From Chthoniobacteraceae bacterium (GTDB lineage: Bacteria; Verrucomicrobiota; Verrucomicrobiia; Chthoniobacterales; Chthoniobacteraceae), in contig JBEBGD010000010.1 of assembly GCA_040081625.1 (NCBI GenBank), positions 1 through 64,000 of the forward strand: a stretch of DNA of 64,000 nucleotides, read 5' to 3'. Of this stretch, positions 37,740-44,348 are shown in pieces. The translations under genes were made by a program, and so were the position numbers. The first letter of the stretch is position 1; each line of letters opens with the position of its first letter. The notes under the pieces are model-generated. The model was not told where the DNA came from. It did no database searches and saw only the letters and a program-made list of their open reading frames with translations.

Positions 37740-38423
37740 ATGGAGACGAAATTTGACTTCAGAAGCTGGAAGAAATGGGTCGCTGGAAAGGGCGTGCGCT
37801 TTCCCGCCCCTCGTGAGTGGGCTCGTCGCAGCTATCTGGTGGGGGATGGAGTGCGGAAGGAACTGGAACGGCGTGGACTACTGTTCCCGGGCCGATTGCC
37901 CAGGGGCGTGCGTCTTCCACCGACGACGAATGATGCTCGCACCGACAGCTTCGTGCGCGACATGACAATCCTCGGCGTGCGTTGGCCGGTGGCCCGCGAT
38001 GATCTGCGACTCTATCGAGGCAGAACCGACCGGGTTGTGCGAATCCTGATCGAGCATGGGCTGATCGTCGAGCCGGAGATCTACGACGGGACCCTGGTGC
38101 CCACGCAGGTGCGCGCGCTGGAAGCGTTGGGCATCACGAGCAAGCACGAGTTTCGCGAGTGGGTCACCGAAAACGACCCCGAAGAGCTGCGCAAGTATCG
38201 CAACGTCGGCCAGCACAGCATCGAGAGACTGATGAGGTGGGCCTTCGGCAACGAAGCGCCGCAGGTGAAGCGCGGCCTCACCGTCCGCGTGTCGCCCGAT
38301 ACGATAAAAGGCCTGGAGAGACTCCGCACCGACCGCGGCTTTTCGAGCCACGACGAGACGATCGAGGCTTTGGTCGCCGACGCGTTGCGCGCCGGCGGAC
38401 CCGGGCCGGAGATGAGGATGTGA
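37740..38423 (+). CDS. Hypothetical protein with RNAP alpha-CTD-like HhH and C-terminal RHH-like segment
   Basis: VRALEALGIT...ELRKYRNVGQHSIERL; LTVRVSPDTIKGLERLRTDRGFSSHDETIEALVADAL. Confidence 0.6.
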   Translation: METKFDFRSWKKWVAGKGVRFPAPREWARRSYLVGDGVRKELERRGLLFPGRLPRGVRLPPTTNDARTDSFVRDMTILGVRWPVARDDLRLYRGRTDRVVRILIEHGLIVEPEIYDGTLVPTQVRALEALGITSKHEFREWVTENDPEELRKYRNVGQHSIERLMRWAFGNEAPQVKRGLTVRVSPDTIKGLERLRTDRGFSSHDETIEALVADALRAGGPGPEMRM

Positions 38424-38451
38424 GCTCCTGTGTAGCAGACCGCTCCGCGTA

Positions 38452-38500
38452 TGCGCGCAACGATCGCGAGATCGTGTGCTGGTCGCTGGCGGGGGAGTGA
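38452..38500 (+). repeat. 49-bp direct repeat, right copy (orphan 3' end, ARNDREIVCWSLAGE*)
   Basis: 46/49 identity to 37641-37689. Confidence 0.95.
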
Positions 38501-38647
38501 GCAGGATTGCGGTTGGTAATCGTCGTCATTTCTGACACCATGCGCGCTGCGTTCTCCCGCGATGAAAAAGAAAGCCGCAAGAACCTCACACCGATCTATC
38601 GCAAAGCGCTTCAGCGCAAAAAGGCGACGCTCGCACGCAAAGGCGGG

Positions 38648-39199
38648 ATGAAGCGGACCAAGGCGCCTCGTCGTAGGCAGCCGATCCGAAAAGCGCGGCG
38701 CACGACCACAAAAGCGAAGGCGAATCACCACAATACGAACGGCTCAGCCGTGGTGCGTGAAGACCCGGTAGAATACGCCACAACGCTCTGTCGCATCGAG
38801 CCCGTGGCGTTCAGCACGGTCGATCTCTTCTGCGGCGCTGGCGGAATCACCGAAGGATTCCGGCGCGCGGGTTTCGGCTGCCTCTACGCGAACGACATCA
38901 ACCCCTCCGCCGTCGAAACTTTTCGCGCGAACCATCCGCAAACGAGGGCGGAGAATCGTCCGATTGAACAAGTGGACGCAGCAGCGCTGCGTCGTTCGCT
39001 GAACTTGCGTGCGGGGGATCTCGACGTGCTCGTTGGTGGCCCGCCGTGCCAGGGATTCTCGATCAATGCGCCCGAGCGGTTCCTCCACGACCCGAGAAAT
39101 GTATTGTTCAAGCACTACGTGCGCTTCCTCGAGGAATTCCAGCCGAAGACGCTGCTCATCGAGAACGTGCCTGGGATGCTGTCGCTCTTAGCCGCATGA
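38648..39199 (+). pseudogene. C5 DNA cytosine methyltransferase, truncated after motif VI
   Basis: DLFCGAGG (I), GGPPCQGFS (IV), ENVPG (VI), then stop; motifs VIII-X and the TRD are missing. Confidence 0.9.
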
Positions 39200-39702
39200 T
39201 GCAGTTTCAGTTTTTTCCACGATCAGTCGGTCTGACGGAGCCAATTGCGGCGGTCGTTGAATGCTTTCGCCGCGCAGAAAAGGATATCGGTTCTGCGAGC
39301 CACAAACTTTCGAGCGATGCAGTGCTGAAAATTGTCCGCCCGCATCTCGTTCACGCCGGCTATCGTGTAGAGGCAGGAAAACATCGGGATCAGAAGATCA
39401 AGGTTCCGGTGCTCTTCGGGCTAAACAACGTCATTGATAAGTTCTTTGATGCTGATGCGATCAGCGCGGACGGGAAGGTGGTCGTGGAGATCGAAGCTGG
39501 ACGCGCGTTGGACAACTTTCAGTTCTTAAAAGACATCTTCCAAGCGAGTCTCATGTGCGGAGTCGAGTATCTCGTCATCGCAGTCCGCAACCGTTATCGT
39601 GCGCAGAACACCTTCGACCGGATCGCTACCTTTTTGGAAACACTCTACGTCAGCAATCGGATACGCCTCCCGCTTCACGGCATCTTGCTTATCGGCTACT
39701 AA
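39196..39702 (+). CDS. Putative PD-(D/E)xK-fold endonuclease
   Basis: FDADAIS...VVVEIEAGR (D...ExE); lower GC than the flanks. Confidence 0.55.
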   Translation: MMQFQFFPRSVGLTEPIAAVVECFRRAEKDIGSASHKLSSDAVLKIVRPHLVHAGYRVEAGKHRDQKIKVPVLFGLNNVIDKFFDADAISADGKVVVEIEAGRALDNFQFLKDIFQASLMCGVEYLVIAVRNRYRAQNTFDRIATFLETLYVSNRIRLPLHGILLIGY

Positions 39703-39714
39703 CCACACTGCACA

Positions 39715-40014
39715 ATGAAACTCCGCACCACCGTTTGGACGCTTTCATGGGATACTGATACAGGCACCGATTGCCGCGTGTTCGGGTCGCAGGCTGAGTG
39801 GTTCGCGTTCTTTCGTGGGGTCATCGAATCTTCCATCCGCGACATCCATACCTCCAAGGCAGATGCCATCCGTGCTGCGCTCGTTCAACGCGAGGTGGGG
39901 CTTGCCTATGAGCTTTGGCAGCAAAGCTACAAACCCCAACTCGACACCTACAACTGGGTCTCACACGAGCTAGACGTCGAAGTGTCGCCAGTGGCGGCAT
40001 TGGTTCGCGACTGA
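39715..40014 (+). CDS. Hypothetical protein
   Basis: 99-aa ATG ORF, lower GC, co-directional in the island; no motif recognised. Confidence 0.55.
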   Translation: MKLRTTVWTLSWDTDTGTDCRVFGSQAEWFAFFRGVIESSIRDIHTSKADAIRAALVQREVGLAYELWQQSYKPQLDTYNWVSHELDVEVSPVAALVRD

Positions 40015-40025
40015 TTGACGTTTCC

Positions 40026-40658
40026 AGCCCGGAGGGCTGACGGAAATTAGCCGGTGGCGCCAGCCACCGGATTTCATCGCAAAAGAGCGTGCGCCCCGGA
40101 GGGGCGCCGGAAAGGATGCGCCATGCCGTCCACCCATCTCGCGCTGCACTATCACGTCATTTTCAGCACCAAAGACCGCGAGCCAATCATCGCTACGTCA
40201 TGGCGCGAGCGCCTGCACGCCTACCTCGGTGGTGTCATTCGCAATGTCGATGGCGTGCCGGAGGCAGTCGGCGGCGTCGCGGATCACGTGCATCTGCTCA
40301 TCGGGCTGCGCGCTACGCACTGCCTTGCGGATGTCGTGCGGGATGTGAAGGCGATCTCCTCCCGATGGGTTCACGACGAGATGCGCATTGCAGCGTTTGC
40401 TTGGCAGGAGGGCTACGGCGCATTCACGGTTAGTCCGTCGCAGCGCGACGCCGTGCGCGAATACATTGCAGCGCAGGAGGAGCATCATCGGCAACGAACA
40501 TTTCACGAAGAATACATCGAGTTTCTGCGGCGCAGCGGCGTCGAGTTTGATGAGCGGTTCTTGTGGTGACGTTTTCCGCCGCCCCGTCCGGGGCGGATGC
40601 CGGTGACGAGGTATCCGGTGGCTGGCGCCACCGGCTAATTTCCGTCGAGCCTTCGGCT
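40026..40658 (+). mobile_element. REPtron-like unit: Y1 HUH transposase between inverted palindromic repeats
   Basis: Perfect 34-bp inverted repeat at 40039-40072 and 40613-40646, plus mirrored GC hairpins. Confidence 0.85.
40123..40569 (+). CDS. tnpA: IS200/IS605-family (RAYT-like) Y1 transposase
   Basis: YHVIFSTK.R.P, DHVHLL (HUH), WQEGYGAFTVS, YIAAQEEHH. Confidence 0.95.
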   Translation: MPSTHLALHYHVIFSTKDREPIIATSWRERLHAYLGGVIRNVDGVPEAVGGVADHVHLLIGLRATHCLADVVRDVKAISSRWVHDEMRIAAFAWQEGYGAFTVSPSQRDAVREYIAAQEEHHRQRTFHEEYIEFLRRSGVEFDERFLW

Positions 40659-40662
40659 CTTC

Positions 40663-41027
40663 ATCTGCAAAAAATCACTCCGCGCATCCTCCCGCAAATC
40701 ATCTTCAAGGGCCACGTGCTCCGGCAGGAACCGCTTTGCAAAAAGGGGATGTATTTCATCTGCCCCGGTCCCGTTTACCAAAGGATCATCACACGGCTCG
40801 GCGGCACGCTGCGCCCTTACCATCAGCAGCCCGGCTCGCTGACGTTCCGCTGGTATGACCTCGGCGATGTCAGCGCGCCGGGACAGCCGCGCGCGCTCGA
40901 AGTCGCAGGACAGATGACAACGACTGTGGATCAGATTGCGCTCGTGTTCACGCCACCGCAAAACTTGCCGCAGCCACGCGTGTATGAGGAAGCGATTCGC
41001 ACGGAGTTAGGAACGATGGCGCCGTAG
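40663..41027 (+). pseudogene. C-terminal fragment of a NotI-like type II restriction endonuclease
   Basis: RILPQIIFKGHVLRQEPLCKKGMYFICP recalled from NotI-family proteins; no credible start; lies between the MTase remnant and vsr. Confidence 0.55.
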
Positions 41028-41032
41028 CGGCG

Positions 41033-41464
41033 ATGGTGGACATTTTCAGCAGCGCGCAGCGCAGCGTGGTCATGTCGCTCATCCGCTCGCGCGGAAATCG
41101 CGGCACGGAATTGAGAATGATAGCGCTGCTTCGCGCGCATGGCCTCACGGGCTGGCGGCGCGGAGCGCCGCTGCCCGGCTCGCCCGACTTCGTCTTTCGC
41201 GCAGCGAATCTCGCGCTGTTTGTCGATGGCTGTTTCTGGCACGGCTGCCCTCGCCACGGACGGCTGCCCGGCTCTCGCCGCGGATACTGGCTGCCGAAGC
41301 TCGCGCGTAACAAATCCCGCGACCGCGCCGTGACCCGTGCGCTGCGCGCAGCGGGATGGCGGGTGGTGCGCGTGTGGGAATGCGCGTTGAGTGCCAAGCG
41401 GCAGGCGGCGACGATGCGGCGGATCGCGCGGGCGCTGGGGCGGGTGGACGTGAAGAAGGCGTAG
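41033..41464 (+). CDS. vsr: Very short patch repair endonuclease
   Basis: QRSVVMSLIRS, LPGSPDFVF, FVDGCFWHGC, YWLPKLARNKSRD, GWRVVRVWEC. Confidence 0.95.
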   Translation: MVDIFSSAQRSVVMSLIRSRGNRGTELRMIALLRAHGLTGWRRGAPLPGSPDFVFRAANLALFVDGCFWHGCPRHGRLPGSRRGYWLPKLARNKSRDRAVTRALRAAGWRVVRVWECALSAKRQAATMRRIARALGRVDVKKA

Positions 41465-41584
41465 TCGGCTCGGCTGAATTTGAGGGCGCTTCTGGAGACG
41501 CCTGTGTGGGAGCGGCTTTTCGTCCGGTTGGCGTGTGCCCCGCCATCCGCGCACCGTGCACGGGCGGGTTTCAGTCTCACCGCC

Positions 41585-41810
41585 GCCTCGTGCATGGTGC
41601 AGGAGGCGGGGATGAGGCTTGCGGGCGGCATTTGCACGGTGCAGCAGACGATTTCAGGCGCTCCCACGGCTCGTGCATGGTGCATTGGGCGGTGGGGAGG
41701 CTCGCCACCGGCTCGTGCATGGTGCGCGAGGCGTGGGGTTCACGATCCCCCGGCCCGTGCACGGCCCGCAGGGGGCGTGGTTCGTGGCTGCCCGGCTCGT
41801 GCGCAAAGGG
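41585..41810 (+). repeat. Six-unit array with ~42-bp period: 16-nt core GGCTCGTGCAYGGTGC plus variable spacers
   Basis: Cores at 41585, 41627, 41668, 41710, 41752, 41794. Confidence 0.8.
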
Positions 41811-41814
41811 TGGA

Positions 41815-42201
41815 AAAGCGACGCTGCACACGGCGGTGAGCGATGCGCGGGAGGGCGTGGGCAGGGCGCCGCAGAAGACCGCGGACAAGCTGCTGCTGCG
41901 CGAGCCGGCGGAGGCGAAGTTTCGGATGCGGTTCCGCGCGGTGATCAGTGAGTTGGAGGCCGGGCTGCTCGACGATGAGGATTCGCGCTGGTGTCAGTTC
42001 GGCCTGAACCGGTCGGCGGACCCGGCGACGCAGGGCGTGCCGGGCGATGTGGTGGTGACGGGGCTCGGCGGCGGGCGGGCGCTCGTGCAGGTGGGGTTTT
42101 CGCGCCGGACAAATTCGCGGAATTTCTACAAGCAGGTGGTCGGCGTGGATGACGCTCCGCGATGCGCGGTCGTTACGGCGAGCCAGCCGGAATCACCGTG
42201 A
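41815..42201 (+). pseudogene. Fragment of a helical + fibronectin-III-like protein
   Basis: RFRAVISELEAGLLDDEDSRWCQFGLNRSADPATQGVPGDVVVTG...; no evident start; family assignment from memory only. Confidence 0.4.
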
Positions 42202-42505
42202 CGGTTCCCGGTTGAAGCGATGGCAACAGCGCCAGCACTTCGGCCATCAAGGGCATCGTGTCCGCCAGTCGCGTGCTCTTCGCGGCCAGCACGACGACGG
42301 CGACGCTGGCTGCGGGAAGACGCTACTGGAATTGCAGGTTGCGGTCGCCGGTGATGAACACGTCGAATCGCTCCTGCCGCATCAGCGCGATGAGTTGCCC
42401 GTTCCTGATGCCGCTCCAACCCATGCGCGGGACCGACATGCACTCGTGGCCCGGCAGCGCACGGACGAGCCGCCAGTCGAGACATTCGTCGATGAGCACT
42501 CTCAC
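42173..42505 (-). pseudogene. DUF5615/VapC45-type PIN toxin with in-frame TAG
   Basis: MRVLIDECL...FITGDRNLQFQ*, continuing in frame RLPAASVAVVVL...PGTVTVIPAGSP* to 42173. Confidence 0.85.
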
Positions 42506-42723
42506 ACCGTCTCAAGCATCCGCAGCTTGCCGGCTTCGATCACGGCGATGAACTGCTCGCGCTTCACTGAGGGAAAGCCCTCGAGGAAATCGTCGATGGA
42601 TTCGCCGCCCTCGAGCGAGTCGATCAGGTTTTGCAGCGGGACGCGCGTGCCGGCGAAGACAGGCGTGCCGCCCAGGATTTCGGGATCGGAGTGGATGATG
42701 CCCTTGAGGTCGGCGGCGCTCAT
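42502..42723 (-). CDS. DUF433 antitoxin
   Basis: IHSDPEILGGTPVFAGTRVP...GESIDDFLEGFPSV. Confidence 0.93.
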   Translation of the reverse strand: MSAADLKGIIHSDPEILGGTPVFAGTRVPLQNLIDSLEGGESIDDFLEGFPSVKREQFIAVIEAGKLRMLETV

Positions 42724-42902
42724 GGTGGGACGGTAGCCCGTCTCGCGATGATCGGGCAATGAATATACGCCGAGCAGTTTCCCTCATCGCGCGGAGCAGA
42801 AGAATCCAAGCGGCGGGGCTTGCGCCGGATGCTCGCGCTCGCTTAAACGCTTCTCCCCGCTTTTCCAGCGAACCCTCAACTCAACCGTCTCTCTCAATCA
42901 TC

Positions 42903-43808
42903 ATGCCTGAAAAAATCGGATTCGTCGGCGTCGGTCGCATGGGCGCAAACATGGCGCGCCGGCTCAAGGAAGTCGGTTATCCCGTCACCGCGGTCTATGA
43001 CGTGCGCGCTGCCGCCGCGAAGGAACTCGCGAAGGAACTCGGCGCGGAGGCTTGCACGAAACTCTCGCGCGTCACGGAGCTGAGCGACGTGGTGATCACC
43101 GTGGTGACCGACGACAAGGCGCAGGTCGCGATCTTCACGAACAAGAAGGACAACCTGCTCCAGGGCGCGAAGGGGCGGGTGTTCATCAACTGCGCGACGA
43201 TCTCGCCGAAGACGCACGTGGCGGTGGAGAAGCTCGCGAAGAAGGCGAAGGCCGCGAGCCTCGAGGCGTGCATGGCGTCGTCGATCAACCAGGCGCGCGC
43301 GGGCACGCTCTATCTCATGTGCGGCGGCGAGAGGGCGGTGTTCGACAAGGTGAACAAGATCCTCGTCGCGCTCTCCGACGGTGGGAAACTGCTGCGCCAC
43401 ATCGGCAAGGCCGGGCAGGCCGCGCAGGTGAAGGCGCTCGTGAACATGGTGATGAACATCAACACCGCCGGCCTCGCGGAGGGGCTCGGGCTCGGCGCGG
43501 CGCTGAAGCTCGACCTCAAGACGTTGATGGAAGTTTTTTCGCAGACCGGCGCGAACTCGCGTGTGCTCGTGACCGACGGCGACGACATGGTGAACCGCGA
43601 TCACTCGTGCTTCTTCAGCGCCTCGCACGCCGCGAAGGACAGCGGCATCGCGCTCTCGCTCGCGAAGGAACAGAAACTCAACCTCCCGCTAGCCGCCGCC
43701 ACTTTCGCCCAATACACGAAGCTCACGAAGCTCGGCCTCGGCGAACTCGACAAGAGCGGCATCGCCGAACTCACCTTCAAGGGCCGCGGCCCGAAAAAGA
43801 AAAAGTAA
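42903..43808 (+). CDS. NAD(P)-dependent beta-hydroxyacid dehydrogenase (3-hydroxyisobutyrate DH family)
   Basis: IGFVGVGRMGANMARRL, GTLYLMCGG, VKALVNM, KDSGIAL. Confidence 0.9.
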   Translation: MPEKIGFVGVGRMGANMARRLKEVGYPVTAVYDVRAAAAKELAKELGAEACTKLSRVTELSDVVITVVTDDKAQVAIFTNKKDNLLQGAKGRVFINCATISPKTHVAVEKLAKKAKAASLEACMASSINQARAGTLYLMCGGERAVFDKVNKILVALSDGGKLLRHIGKAGQAAQVKALVNMVMNINTAGLAEGLGLGAALKLDLKTLMEVFSQTGANSRVLVTDGDDMVNRDHSCFFSASHAAKDSGIALSLAKEQKLNLPLAAATFAQYTKLTKLGLGELDKSGIAELTFKGRGPKKKK

Positions 43809-43847
43809 CCCCGCAGAGCAAACCAAAAACAAAACCACATCAAAAAC

Positions 43848-44282
43848 ATGAGCACCTACGTTCCACTAATTAGCTCCGGCACCGCCGGACCCCTCGGCGT
43901 CCTCCACCTCCCGCGCCTCTGGCTGAAGGTCTCCCTCGAAGCCGCCGGCAAACTCGCCGCGGGTTATCCCGGCATCGGCAAGGGCTATGACGGCATGACC
44001 TGCTCGGCGCTCGGCCTCAACGAAGACGCCGTGAAGAGCTACATCAAGACCAGCAAGCCGACCTACCCGCAGTTCGAAGCGTGGGTGAAGGCGAATGGCA
44101 CCTCGGTGAATGCCGACGCGATCGCCAAGCACAACGCCGCGGTGACCGGCTACCTGCACGACGACGCGACGCGCCAGGGCATCCTCAGCGCGAACGGCTT
44201 GCCCGACGGCTCGCCGAAGGACGCCGTGAACCTAAACAATCTCGACGACTGGTTCGAGTTCCACCAGGCGGTCCTGAAGTAA
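43848..44282 (+). CDS. DUF5069-like protein
   Basis: GPLGVLHLPRLWLK...GYD...LG...LDDW; strong codon bias. Confidence 0.7.
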   Translation: MSTYVPLISSGTAGPLGVLHLPRLWLKVSLEAAGKLAAGYPGIGKGYDGMTCSALGLNEDAVKSYIKTSKPTYPQFEAWVKANGTSVNADAIAKHNAAVTGYLHDDATRQGILSANGLPDGSPKDAVNLNNLDDWFEFHQAVLK

Positions 44283-44301
44283 CCGCGAGTCTTCCGTTTC
44301 C

Positions 44302-44341
44302 AAAGCGCGTGCGGCCACCCGGTCGCACGCGCTTTTGTTTT
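44302..44341. terminator. Rho-independent terminator, probably bidirectional
   Basis: aaagcgcgtgcggcc-accc-ggtcgcacgcgctttt between convergent genes. Confidence 0.85.
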
Positions 44342-44348
44342 GTGCCGG

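Noticed and set aside
41585..41810. Canonical CRISPR array
   Set aside because: The core is only ~16 nt and degenerate, with no leader and no cas genes. Reported as an unexplained array instead.
42323..42325. Pyrrolysine or genetic-code reassignment of TAG
   Set aside because: Single case, and TAG terminates many genes in this window.
37690..42760. Prophage or ICE
   Set aside because: No integrase, structural, replication or conjugation genes.
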